Shown here one piece after another: positions 8,435 to 17,364 of a stretch of 64,000 bases of DNA. The notes below the pieces were generated by a model that saw only the letters and a list, made by a program, of their open reading frames with translations, was not told where the DNA came from and ran no database searches. The DNA comes from a virus. The stretch is from IMG/VR virus record IMGVR_UViG_3300022918_000011, positions 1 to 64,000 of that record. The stretch is one strand, 5' to 3'. Positions within the stretch are counted from its first letter, which is position 1, and each line of letters opens with the position of its first letter. Both the position numbers and the translations under genes were made by a program.

Positions 8435-9094
8435 ATGAAAACCCCACTCTCCCGTGTCGCCCCGGCACTCGACCGGTTCGACAGCTACATGATCAAGCAG
8501 CCAAGCGAGGGTCGTGAGTACCGGCTGGCGGCGCTCCAGACCGCGCTGGAGCCGCTGCTTGACGAAGAAACGCTGATGTTCAGGGGCTACATGATGCAGC
8601 GCCTGCTCAAGGTGCTGGGGCTTGAGTCGGTGGCAGGTGGCAGCATCGAGTCACTGTGTCAGGCGATCGAGTCGCGGCACACGGACTTGGAGATACTGTT
8701 CAAGGAGGCTGCGGTCCAGCTTGAGGACGCCCAGAATCTTCTTCGTGAACTTCAGCAGGCAGGCGAATGGTACCCGTCGGCGCTTGAAATAGACGCTCAC
8801 CGGGATAACCCGGTGGACGGCGAGGAGCTGAAGCGCCGCGTAGACGCAGCGCTGTTGGGCCACCTGCCCAGCAGCCCCACCAACTCAGCCATGGAACGGG
8901 GCGTCGGCAAGCTCTACGAGTGCATCGGCTACCACCGGACATACTCACTGGTGGGCGTAGCCAAACCGGCCGGTGAGCTGCGCAGGATGGGTTCGCGGCT
9001 TGATGAATACACCGTCTACCGGGACACTGAAGACGGCCAGCTGTATGTCCGGTTCAAAGGGGACTTTGACCAACGAATGAAGGTGAAATCGTGA
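8435..9094 (+). CDS. hypothetical protein, C-terminal DUF1653-like domain
   Basis: YSLVGVA...TVYRD..DGQLYVR...F pattern. Confidence 0.65.
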   Translation: MKTPLSRVAPALDRFDSYMIKQPSEGREYRLAALQTALEPLLDEETLMFRGYMMQRLLKVLGLESVAGGSIESLCQAIESRHTDLEILFKEAAVQLEDAQNLLRELQQAGEWYPSALEIDAHRDNPVDGEELKRRVDAALLGHLPSSPTNSAMERGVGKLYECIGYHRTYSLVGVAKPAGELRRMGSRLDEYTVYRDTEDGQLYVRFKGDFDQRMKVKS

Positions 9095-9273
9095 ACCAAG
9101 CCATCGCGATCGCTTTCCTCATCTGCTGGGCAGCGGCAACCTGGTGGCTCTACCGTATCCATGAGTCATGGGTACAGGCTGCCATCCTCGGCATCGGCGT
9201 GGTAGCGGCCGGGTTCGCTGTCGGCGGGACATTGGTGCTACTCGCTGGGGTAGCGCTGGGAGTTATATCGTGA
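9091..9273 (+). CDS. small membrane protein
   Basis: Two hydrophobic helices; GTGA overlap. Confidence 0.65.
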   Translation: MNQAIAIAFLICWAAATWWLYRIHESWVQAAILGIGVVAAGFAVGGTLVLLAGVALGVIS

Positions 9274-9707
9274 GTCGAAAGCCTCTCTTCCACCAAAAGA
9301 ACGGCCTGACCCGCATCGCGCTTCTGGACTTCTACGTCCAGCGCTGCGGCTGGTGGGGCATCAAGTCGGTCGACCTGTTCCACGAGGAGAAAACCTTCCG
9401 GGTCCGGATCCGTGAGGTAAAGGTGCCGGACGTCGTCATCGGCGACTTCAAGCACCTGACGGCTGCCCGCTGGGCATGGGACGCAGCTGTCAAGGACGTG
9501 CATGGCAAGAGCATTGCCGAGGCCCAGTCAGACAGCCGCTTCAGCGTTCAGCAGGAGGCCAGCGGCCAGCGAGACCCGGTCTGGGTCGCCCGCAATTGCG
9601 GCAAGTGGATCGGCTGGTCGGGTACCGAGCAAGGTGCCTGGCTGCTTTGCTATCAAGAAAAATTTCAGTTGGAGATCCCCGAACATGCCAAAACCACTCA
9701 ATCTTGA
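9270..9707 (+). CDS. hypothetical protein
   Basis: GTGA overlap; 3' part of ORF 9168..9707. Confidence 0.7.
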   Translation: MSRKPLFHQKNGLTRIALLDFYVQRCGWWGIKSVDLFHEEKTFRVRIREVKVPDVVIGDFKHLTAARWAWDAAVKDVHGKSIAEAQSDSRFSVQQEASGQRDPVWVARNCGKWIGWSGTEQGAWLLCYQEKFQLEIPEHAKTTQS

Positions 9708-10452
9708 AGACCGCTACTGGGTGATCAAGAAGGCTGACCTCAGCCTGTGCCACCAGATGGACTTCGATGAACATCTGGAACGAGAGCAGATCCCCACCCG
9801 GGAATCTGTCGTCGTGGAGTCACACAAGCCGTTCTTTCAGCGGGTTGTGGCCATGGTGCTGGAGCAGCAGCAAACCTACAGCGACGACGAGCTGATCGCC
9901 ATCGCCCACCGCTACCATGAGTACCTGATGCGGCCTGGGACGCCGAAGGAAAGCGGGTACACGATCAACGCGATGCGGTATGCGCTGACTGAGCCCGCAG
10001 CAGACGGTATCAGCTGGACCAGCAGCCCTCCGATTGAAGATCCGATTGTCGCCTGGAAACCGGGCGTAGCAGTGTTGAAGTCCGGCAAGGTGCTGGTCTC
10101 GCCAGACGACATCAGCTGGTCAGCTGGGGTCTCTAAATCGGCACCTGCCGCACACGAGCTCTACAAGGACGGCGACGCTGACATCCCTGACGGCATCACC
10201 GACCGTAACGGGCAGGTAGTGCTGGACTGCTGCAAGAAGTGTGGGAAGGGTGAAGCTGAATTGGCTGAGCCTTGCCCGCCGCCTCTAGAAGTCGACCCAG
10301 CAGCCCTGCGCACCGTTATTTCAGCGTTGATCGGGCCGCCTCACTTCATCCGTGAGTTGCAGGCATGCGTGACCTTGCCGGGTGGCCCGATCAACAAACT
10401 CCGGGACCAGTACAACGCTTGGTTGGCAAGCCAGAAATCACCGGCTGACTAG
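9685..10452 (+). CDS. mosaic hypothetical protein with Cys-rich domain
   Basis: GGAG SD before ATG 9685; DRNGQVVLDCCKKCG motif. Confidence 0.7.
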   Translation: MPKPLNLEDRYWVIKKADLSLCHQMDFDEHLEREQIPTRESVVVESHKPFFQRVVAMVLEQQQTYSDDELIAIAHRYHEYLMRPGTPKESGYTINAMRYALTEPAADGISWTSSPPIEDPIVAWKPGVAVLKSGKVLVSPDDISWSAGVSKSAPAAHELYKDGDADIPDGITDRNGQVVLDCCKKCGKGEAELAEPCPPPLEVDPAALRTVISALIGPPHFIRELQACVTLPGGPINKLRDQYNAWLASQKSPAD

Positions 10453-10577
10453 CGAAGTCTGTCTGACGGTGATTTCTGGCCGCCGCCGGCAGGCGACCTT
10501 GAAACCGCCCGCAAGGTAGACATAGATCATTAGAGAGCAGGAGTTCTCGAAGGCTCTAAACCGGGCCGCTTGAAGGT

Positions 10578-10661
10578 GGGGTGTGTTCATCTAGATGAAC
10601 ACACCCCTGTTCATCTGGATGAACACGGTACCTCTGAAAAATGAACACACCCGTGTTCATC
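10578..10661. repeat. palindrome array (iteron/operator-like), six GTTCAT half-sites
   Basis: Perfect 30-bp palindrome GGGGTGTGTTCATCTAGATGAACACACCCC (10578-10607), TGTTCATC-tg-GATGAACA (10608-10625), ATGAACAC-accc-GTGTTCAT (10641-10660). Confidence 0.9.
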
Positions 10662-10719
10662 TGCCTACCACTATCCGACAGCCGGGAGTGTGTAGACAAG
10701 GCTGGAAGTAGTGCTATGC

Positions 10720-10753
10720 CCTATAATTTGTTAGATAGCCCACAAATTATAGG
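10720..10753 (+). promoter_or_regulatory. 12-bp inverted repeat covering a TATAAT box and the rep SD
   Basis: CCTATAATTTGT (10720-10731) / ACAAATTATAGG (10742-10753); AGGAG at 10751-10755. Confidence 0.65.
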
Positions 10754-10755
10754 AG

Positions 10756-11220
10756 ATGGACATGTCAGCCGCCCCTCAACACGAACGCCGCACCGGGCCA
10801 AGAGGCTCATGGGTCCAGACCGAAAGGTCTGGCCACGAAGCGTGGGCATCGCTCACCCAGACAAGCCCCAAGGCAGCCCAGCTGTTGCACGTACTGGTTG
10901 CCCACATGGACGAACAAGGCGCCCTTGTCACAAGCCAGAAGGTGTTGGCCCAGCTGTGTGACGTCCATGTGATGACCATCCGCCGCGCCATCGACACGCT
11001 GACCAGTATGAACTTCATACAGACAGTTCGGGTCGGCGGTGAGCGGGGAGGCGCCCTGGCCTACATCGTGAACAGCCGAGTGGCCTGGGCTGACAAAAGA
11101 GAAAAAATTCGTTACGCAAAGTTCAGCGCGATGGTGCTGGTGTCCTCCACTGAACAGGAGGAGATCGACGGCGAGCCTCTGCTGCAACTGCTGCGCAAAG
11201 GACAACCTGAAATTCATTGA
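10756..11220 (+). CDS. rep: pBBR1-type plasmid replication initiator homologue (winged HTH), C-terminally short
   Basis: WVQTER..HEAWA.L...P.AA.LLH.LVA.M...A.V.SQK.L...AY.VN.RVAW...FSA matches pBBR1 Rep as recalled; start 10756 or 10762. Confidence 0.85.
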   Translation: MDMSAAPQHERRTGPRGSWVQTERSGHEAWASLTQTSPKAAQLLHVLVAHMDEQGALVTSQKVLAQLCDVHVMTIRRAIDTLTSMNFIQTVRVGGERGGALAYIVNSRVAWADKREKIRYAKFSAMVLVSSTEQEEIDGEPLLQLLRKGQPEIH

Positions 11221-11231
11221 GAGGTATCAGC

Positions 11232-11600
11232 ATGAAAGCGCACTTCGTTCGGTTCCTGTTCCCCGGCACCTTCGTCAGCGAGGAGGACTCCCAAGCCTTA
11301 TCAGCTTGGGATGTTGAGACCGCCAAGCGACTGGCCACCGTATACCTGCGTCGCCCTTTCGCCTTCGAGTTCACCACCCGTGAGCGCGCTGACGATGAGC
11401 TGGACAGCAAGGTCGTGGCCACGTCGCCGCGTTACTACATCGGCGGGGAGGTCAGGACAGCGGCGGAGATCGAAGCTGGTACCGACCCGCGCGAGGACAT
11501 CCTGCGCAGCAACGTTAAGAACAACGGGTACAAACGGATCATCTATACCTGCGGGCAACACTTTGCGCTGGAAGATGGCGCAGTGGTGTTGCCGGTATGA
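11232..11600 (+). CDS. hypothetical phage protein
   Basis: GAGGT SD. Confidence 0.75.
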   Translation: MKAHFVRFLFPGTFVSEEDSQALSAWDVETAKRLATVYLRRPFAFEFTTRERADDELDSKVVATSPRYYIGGEVRTAAEIEAGTDPREDILRSNVKNNGYKRIIYTCGQHFALEDGAVVLPV

Positions 11601-11872
11601 ACAAACCACCCGTAAAACTCCAGATGGCATACGACACGATCGCCAAGATGGAAGGGCAGATCCAGCGCTACGAAGCGCTGCTCAACGAAGTCCTGAACGA
11701 GGTGCCCCATGGCTGGGGCGAGTCGTTCAGCCGCAGCGACCTTGCGAACGACATCCGCCTGGCCATCGGCAAGCAGAGCAACTACAGCGGGCAGGCTCAC
11801 TGCCCGCACTGCGGCATCTGCCACACCAGCGACGAGACATGCGTCGAAGCGCAAGCGCGGGTGGCAGCGTGA
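11597..11872 (+). CDS. hypothetical protein with C-terminal CxxC/H zinc motif
   Basis: ATGA overlap; HCPHCGICH. Confidence 0.7.
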   Translation: MNKPPVKLQMAYDTIAKMEGQIQRYEALLNEVLNEVPHGWGESFSRSDLANDIRLAIGKQSNYSGQAHCPHCGICHTSDETCVEAQARVAA

Positions 11873-12066
11873 CCATCACCCCCGGCAAGGGCCTCAAGGG
11901 TCTGAACTGCAACGTCACCGCCTGTCAGGCGCCGGACAGTGCTCACCACTACAACACGACGATGCACGCCTGGTACTGCCGCCGGTGTGCTGAAGACATT
12001 CAATACTGGGCCAAGAAAAGCGGCTTCGAGCTGTTTGAAGGTCTGGAAGGAGTAAGACGTGACTGA
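11869..12066 (+). CDS. small zinc-binding protein
   Basis: GTGA overlap; CNVTAC...YCRRC. Confidence 0.7.
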   Translation: MTITPGKGLKGLNCNVTACQAPDSAHHYNTTMHAWYCRRCAEDIQYWAKKSGFELFEGLEGVRRD

Positions 12067-12673
12067 GAAAACTGAAGTTGGCGCGATGGTGCTGGTGCCC
12101 CTAGAGGCCAACCGGCAGATGATCGACGCTGCCCTGGCTATCTACGAAAAAGACGGCAGCTACGCTGAGATGTTTGAAGCCATGTGCAAAACCGCACCCT
12201 CTGAGCAGACACCAGAGGAGGGCGGGGAGTTCGATGACCAATCGGAGTCCGACAATTTGTTCTGCACCAAGCAACTGCTGGAGAGGGCAGCCAAGTGCAT
12301 GGGCGTCGAGCCTCACACCATCAGCTTCTTTGACGTGGTGGGGCATCTGGAAGCTCTCCAGATTCAGCTCAAGGCCAGCGAGGCGCAGCAAGGTGGACCA
12401 GTAGCCTGGGCCAACGAGAACGACCTCAAGCCTTCCCACGTTTTCATGGTGCAGGCAGGCTACCCAGCGTGCAAGTACCCGGACGGTGGCAAGGCGGTCG
12501 CCCTTTACCGTGGGCCTGTCATAACCGACACCTCAGACATCCACCGACTAGTGGGAAACGCCCTCGACCTGCACCTGGGTGACGACTCGCCTGACCCTAT
12601 CTCGAAGACAGCGTTCGCAGCGGTGGTAGAGCTGGTGGGCAGGGTCTTGAATTCGAAGAAGGAACCAAAATGA
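12059..12673 (+). CDS. mosaic hypothetical protein
   Basis: AAGGAG SD. Confidence 0.75.
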   Translation: MTEKTEVGAMVLVPLEANRQMIDAALAIYEKDGSYAEMFEAMCKTAPSEQTPEEGGEFDDQSESDNLFCTKQLLERAAKCMGVEPHTISFFDVVGHLEALQIQLKASEAQQGGPVAWANENDLKPSHVFMVQAGYPACKYPDGGKAVALYRGPVITDTSDIHRLVGNALDLHLGDDSPDPISKTAFAAVVELVGRVLNSKKEPK

Positions 12674-12912
12674 CCATCCAATCCGTCATCGCCGGGTACC
12701 TGCTCGGCTGCCTGCTGTTCGCCCTCGTCACCTGCTACGAGATCCACTTGGCGGGTGCCGGAAAGCACCGCCGGGTGAGCATCGACAAGCACCGCAGCCT
12801 GATGAAGGACTTCAAAGACACCCCGGTGTCGGCCGCTCTCGCCTTTATTTTCGTGTGCCTGTCGTGGCCTTGGCTCTTGGTGCGCAGACTGCTGGGTGGG
12901 TCGAAGAAATGA
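12670..12912 (+). CDS. small membrane protein
   Basis: Two hydrophobic segments ending SWPW. Confidence 0.7.
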   Translation: MTIQSVIAGYLLGCLLFALVTCYEIHLAGAGKHRRVSIDKHRSLMKDFKDTPVSAALAFIFVCLSWPWLLVRRLLGGSKK

Positions 12913-13127
12913 CCCAATCCCGCCGCCAGTCCCTCCTCGAAACCGTCACCAACACCTTCGTCGGTACACTGGGCAGCCTGCTGATCACCTACGTGACCGT
13001 GAGCAACGTCGCCGACCCGTTGGTGGCGTCAGTTATCACGGTGGCAGGCTGCACAGTCTGGAGCCTGGTGCGTGGGTACTTTATCCGCCGGCGATTCAAC
13101 AGCATTCTTGCGGAGCAAAAATTATGA
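12909..13127 (+). CDS. conserved phage 2-TM protein
   Basis: MTQSRRQSLLETVTNT.VG...SLVRGYFIRRRFN pattern. Confidence 0.75.
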   Translation: MTQSRRQSLLETVTNTFVGTLGSLLITYVTVSNVADPLVASVITVAGCTVWSLVRGYFIRRRFNSILAEQKL

Positions 13128-13534
13128 ACCCTGAACGCGTCGAGCTGATGATCACCATGCTCAAGGAAGTCGAGGCGGGCACATGGAAGCCCGCTGCAAT
13201 AGCAGCGGTTGACGACGTCAAAGCCGAGGACCTGCCAAACACCAAGGCGTGGTTCGACATGAGCACTTGGCTCAGCACCGACGGTGACCCGGCCACCTGC
13301 GGGTTCAACGCCTGTGCCATTGGCCATGCGTGCCTTGATCAGAGATTCATTGACCAAGGGCTGGAGATGAGCGGCGCCGAGCCAAGCTTCGGCGGCTACC
13401 ACGGCCCCTATGCGATCGGTGAGTTCTTCGGGATCGACGAACAGGTGGTGTTCGACCTGTTCATCCCGGACGACGGCTCGCAGGTAACCGCTGCCGAGGT
13501 CCGTGAAAGCCTCGAAAAATTGCTTAACTCTTAA
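13124..13534 (+). CDS. hypothetical protein
   Basis: GGAG SD; FDM..W...CG..ACAIGHA motif. Confidence 0.75.
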   Translation: MNPERVELMITMLKEVEAGTWKPAAIAAVDDVKAEDLPNTKAWFDMSTWLSTDGDPATCGFNACAIGHACLDQRFIDQGLEMSGAEPSFGGYHGPYAIGEFFGIDEQVVFDLFIPDDGSQVTAAEVRESLEKLLNS

Positions 13535-13559
13535 CTAAGTCATTGAAAGGAATAGAAAA

Positions 13560-14456
13560 TTGGAAACTAAAAAAGAGCTAGTTATGCTCGGCGTGCCTGG
13601 TGTGTTGACCCAAGTTCGCGTCGAGTCGATGGATGCCAAGGGCCTGTGGAAAAAGCAGAAGTGGCTGAGTACACGCCGCACCAAGACTGTCGACGGTGAA
13701 AAAATTCTCCTGGAAGTTGCAGTCCGCTTCGACGACCAGTGTGGCAACCGTCACAACACCTTCGCCATCACCGCGTCAGGCTGGTACGACCACTTCAAGT
13801 CACGGGACATCGACTTCGGCGGTTGCTGCCACGAATTGATCGCCAAGGTGTTCCCTGAGCTGGCCCCGCTGATCAAGTGGCACTTGGTGGACACAGGCAG
13901 CCCGATGCATTACGTGGCCAACACGGTGTATCACGCCTCGAACCTGTACAACGGCAAGGCGAAGGGTGAGCCGAACGCTTGGGAGAATCGGATCAAGTTC
14001 GATAACTTCCCCATCGGGCTGGACTTGCCGACGTCCTTCATCACCTGGCTGGTGCAGCAGCACAAAGCCGGAGCGCCGCTGATCATCAAGTCGGTGCCGT
14101 ATGTGAAGCGCTCGGACAGCGAGCGTGACTACGACCCGCAGTTCACCTTCGACGGTTGGGACAAGACATGGGGCGGCGCGCCGTTCAAGTCGTTGCAACA
14201 CGCCACCGAGGTCCGTGAGGCATTGATGGAACACAAGTGGGAAGTGGTTAGCGAGGTCACAGGCTGGTCACCGGGCAAGGAACGCAACCTCGACGCTGCC
14301 CGCTCCACCGCCTGCTGGCCAGAAGCGACAGACGAGCAGCTGATGTTGCCCGCTGCCGAACTGACAGCGTTGCTGGAGGCGCGGTTGCCATCCCTGCAGG
14401 AAGACTTCAAGGCAGCGGTGGTTGGGGCAGGTCTGGAATGGGCGCCGACGGTATGA
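13560..14456 (+). CDS. conserved hypothetical phage protein
   Basis: AAGGA SD; GGCCHE.I...FPELAPLIKWHL...PMHY motif. Confidence 0.8.
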   Translation: METKKELVMLGVPGVLTQVRVESMDAKGLWKKQKWLSTRRTKTVDGEKILLEVAVRFDDQCGNRHNTFAITASGWYDHFKSRDIDFGGCCHELIAKVFPELAPLIKWHLVDTGSPMHYVANTVYHASNLYNGKAKGEPNAWENRIKFDNFPIGLDLPTSFITWLVQQHKAGAPLIIKSVPYVKRSDSERDYDPQFTFDGWDKTWGGAPFKSLQHATEVREALMEHKWEVVSEVTGWSPGKERNLDAARSTACWPEATDEQLMLPAAELTALLEARLPSLQEDFKAAVVGAGLEWAPTV

Positions 14457-14725
14457 GCGGCGGCAGGCCAAAGGGGACCTTCGGTACCCACGTTGGAAGC
14501 CGAAAATACCAGATGGACGCGCTTGAAGTGGGTGAGTTTGTTCTCTTCCCCGGCGAGCCGGGGCAGCCGGCGTCTAAACTGCAAGCTTCCATAGGCTCGT
14601 CCTACCGGGGCGGCCAGAACATGAGTAACCAAGGACTGGAACAGTCTAGCGGGTTCCTCGTGTTTGAAGGCGAGCTGCCACGCCCGGTAGTGAAGGTCAC
14701 CAGAATTTCGGAGCCAAAGGCATGA
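14453..14725 (+). CDS. small putative DNA-binding protein
   Basis: GGRPKG and KY..DALEVGE motifs. Confidence 0.65.
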   Translation: MSGGRPKGTFGTHVGSRKYQMDALEVGEFVLFPGEPGQPASKLQASIGSSYRGGQNMSNQGLEQSSGFLVFEGELPRPVVKVTRISEPKA

Positions 14726-15177
14726 AAGACATCCTCATCGTCGACCAGGCCAGGCTGATCAGCCCTGAACTGCTGAAACACCTGAACGAGGGCATGGACG
14801 GCACGGTGCGCAAAGTGTGCGTCATCGGCAGCCCAGCCCAGCTGCCACCCATCCGTGACTGCATCGACATAGCCCCAATGGACCAGTCCCACCACGCCCC
14901 GCCGAGCCGGGGCCTCACCGCACCGTGGATCGGCGGCAACAAGCTTCCCGTCGAACTGGACGGTAATCTGGAGCAGCTGTTGTTGCGCGGCGGCGTCCTG
15001 CGAGAAGTCGTCACGCCGGGTATGTTCATAGGTTATCCGGACGTCGAGATTGTCCCGGCAAAGTCCTCCGAACCCGGGACGCTGACCACAGAGTTGCAGC
15101 GGGGGTCTGATCGACACAACGCTGCCGTAGCCAAACGTGAACGCCGCGCGGCGAAGCTGCGCAAGGAGTCAAAGTGA
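14722..15177 (+). CDS. protein with degenerate SF1 (RecD/Dda) helicase motif II-III fragment
   Basis: DILIVDQARLIS...VCVIGSPAQLPPIR versus consensus LIVDEASM...GDxxQLPPV; no Walker A. Confidence 0.7.
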   Translation: MKDILIVDQARLISPELLKHLNEGMDGTVRKVCVIGSPAQLPPIRDCIDIAPMDQSHHAPPSRGLTAPWIGGNKLPVELDGNLEQLLLRGGVLREVVTPGMFIGYPDVEIVPAKSSEPGTLTTELQRGSDRHNAAVAKRERRAAKLRKESK

Positions 15178-15914
15178 GCACATGGCCAGACCACTGCCAC
15201 CTGTGCAACGCAAAGGTGGTGGTATTCAGTCCCACAAGCAAGAAGATCACCCATTCCCGCAACTGCACATGGCGCGACAACGAGTCTTGGCGCGGCCCGA
15301 AGCCGGTGAAGTTCAAGTTCAAACCCGGAGATGCGGTGATCGCATACGCCGGAACCGCCGTACAGCGCAAAGGCGTGGTCAGCTCGGTAACGCCTGAAGG
15401 GCAGTATTGGGTTGGGTATGGCTATGGTTGTGCGCTGTGTGATGAAACCGAGTTGACGGAGGTGCAGGCCATGAAGTTCAAACCCGAGCAACGTGTCTGG
15501 ATCCACAACGCTGACAATCCTCGCGTACCTGGTGTCGTAAAGGTGCTCTCCGGCAAGGTCGGGATGTTCGACATCTACAGCGTCGAAGTCGCCGGGACTC
15601 AGCACACCATGGCATTCAAGGAATGCGAACTGACCCGGCGCGGTACCGTTGAACGCATCGGCGGGCTCGCAAAAGTCCGAGAGGGTATAGCGGAAGCTCA
15701 GCTGCAAGCCGAGCTGGACGCAGAAGACTGGAGTGGCAGCCTTGGCGTACCGGATGACGAGCTGACGCCAGTTCAGCTACAACAGCGCTTCGACACCGAG
15801 GACGGCTGGGGCAACCACCCGCGCTTCGATATGGCGGATTGGCGCCACGAAGTGCTATCCGGATACACCCGCCTGGGTTACTGGGAGTGGGTGTCCTTCA
15901 AACTGAACGAGTAA
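15174..15914 (+). CDS. hypothetical protein with tandem SH3/KOW-like repeats
   Basis: KFKPGDAV...GVV...ETELT and KFKPEQRV...GVV...ECELT. Confidence 0.7.
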   Translation: MSTWPDHCHLCNAKVVVFSPTSKKITHSRNCTWRDNESWRGPKPVKFKFKPGDAVIAYAGTAVQRKGVVSSVTPEGQYWVGYGYGCALCDETELTEVQAMKFKPEQRVWIHNADNPRVPGVVKVLSGKVGMFDIYSVEVAGTQHTMAFKECELTRRGTVERIGGLAKVREGIAEAQLQAELDAEDWSGSLGVPDDELTPVQLQQRFDTEDGWGNHPRFDMADWRHEVLSGYTRLGYWEWVSFKLNE

Positions 15915-15928
15915 CACCGGAGAAATTT

Positions 15929-16585
15929 ATGGGCTGCGATATCCACTGCTTCAAGGAAAAGAAAAAGAACGGCGTTTGGGTTACAGCTGATGTCTGGGAA
16001 GACAAGTACGCGGACGGTAAGAGCGTTCCGTATGAGACACGGTTCACCGGGCGTAACTACCAGTTGTTCGGAGTGCTGGCGGGGGTCCGTAAGGAAACCT
16101 CGGTAACGGTAGAGGCGCGAGGCATGCCGGCGGACGCCTGCAGCGAAGTCAAGCATGCTGCGGAATCCTGGGGATGTGATGGTCACACTCACAGCTGGCT
16201 GACTTTGGCAGAGCTGAAACTGCTTGCTCTCTACGTAAAGACTGGATCTATTTTACAGGGATTGGGGCAACAGCCAGTAATTGGGGAGGCCGGTACTGCG
16301 CTTGCACCAATAGGCCCACAGCTAACCGGCTCGGTGGTTTCTCCTATCAGTGGAATGATGGCTGCGACCCAGTGGGAAAAGCTTAGAGAGAGCATTGAAT
16401 CTGGAGCGCCTGACTGGGATCTGCTCTACCCCTACTGCGCGTCGACTAACAGCCCAGACTACGTTCGGTTCAGCGTTCAGGTGCCGCTGGACTACACAGT
16501 GGGCGAAGATCTGCAGCGGATTATATCGGGATTCGAGGAGGTAGACGGTGAAGACCAGCGACTGGTGTTCTTCTTCGATAACTAG
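15929..16585 (+). CDS. conserved hypothetical phage protein
   Basis: MGCDIH...RNY.LF..LAGVR...RG.P.D...H.HSWLTL.EL...RLVF.FDN. Confidence 0.85.
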   Translation: MGCDIHCFKEKKKNGVWVTADVWEDKYADGKSVPYETRFTGRNYQLFGVLAGVRKETSVTVEARGMPADACSEVKHAAESWGCDGHTHSWLTLAELKLLALYVKTGSILQGLGQQPVIGEAGTALAPIGPQLTGSVVSPISGMMAATQWEKLRESIESGAPDWDLLYPYCASTNSPDYVRFSVQVPLDYTVGEDLQRIISGFEEVDGEDQRLVFFFDN

Positions 16586-16594
16586 GGGACAGCC

Positions 16595-16810
16595 ATGACC
16601 ACCACCACCCAAGACTCCTTCCACGCCATGCAGGGCCACGTCGCCGACGGCGTCAAAATCCACATGAACAACGGCGACGTGGCCACCCTGCGCGCCGTAC
16701 TCAAAGGCTGGCAGTTGTTCGTCAACGGCAAGCCTCACCTGCTGGCAACCAACTCGGCTCATGTTGTGAGCTGCATCGTGTTCAGCTATCCGGGAGACAT
16801 CGGGCCATGA
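16595..16810 (+). CDS. hypothetical protein
   Basis: GGGGA SD. Confidence 0.65.
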   Translation: MTTTTQDSFHAMQGHVADGVKIHMNNGDVATLRAVLKGWQLFVNGKPHLLATNSAHVVSCIVFSYPGDIGP

Positions 16811-17094
16811 GTATCATCGACAAAATCGAGTACAGCGTCTGCGAAGACTGCCTGACGCACGTTGCCTACGGCCCCAGCGACAACACCTCGGCAGAGGCCG
16901 ATGCCCAAGTCGAGCTGCAGATGCGAATTGAGTTGGACGGCAAGAAAGGCCACTTCGTGACTGGCGTTGAACCCACCGAGGATGACCCAGAAGGCTACGG
17001 GCACGACGAGTTCAGCAGCCAAGAATGCGAGTTGTGCCGCAGCGGGTTGGCCGGTTCTCGGCATGGCGTGACTCTACTGCTTGAAGGTGAGTAG
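16807..17094 (+). CDS. acidic zinc-ribbon protein
   Basis: VCEDC...FS...CELC.S.L.G.RH. Confidence 0.75.
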   Translation: MSIIDKIEYSVCEDCLTHVAYGPSDNTSAEADAQVELQMRIELDGKKGHFVTGVEPTEDDPEGYGHDEFSSQECELCRSGLAGSRHGVTLLLEGE

Positions 17095-17096
17095 AC

Positions 17097-17360
17097 ATGA
17101 AAATCAAGGTGATCAGAGGTCCAATCACCAGCATCCTCTGGGTTCGTGGTGACCTGATCACCTACTCAACTCCAGCCCTCTGGGATCACGTAGGACGAAG
17201 CTTCGAGGAGGTCCGAAAGGAACTGAGGCTCAAGAATTACCGCGTGGTGGAAGACGAACAGAAGCCCACGCTGCCAAGCCGCCGCTACCGCGACGGCCTG
17301 ATGTTATTAGCAACCCTTCTGCCGGAGTTGCCGGCGAGAAGAACTGAAAAGACGGAGTAA
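17097..17360 (+). CDS. hypothetical protein
   Basis: Fills operon gap. Confidence 0.6.
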   Translation: MKIKVIRGPITSILWVRGDLITYSTPALWDHVGRSFEEVRKELRLKNYRVVEDEQKPTLPSRRYRDGLMLLATLLPELPARRTEKTE

Positions 17361-17364
17361 CACC

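Noticed and set aside
10578-10607. 30-bp palindrome as a protelomerase (telRL) site
   Set aside because: No protelomerase in the window; the half-site is repeated six times next to a rep gene, which fits iterons or operators better.
10578-10661. CRISPR-like array
   Set aside because: Repeats are inverted and abutting, with no unique spacers and no cas genes.
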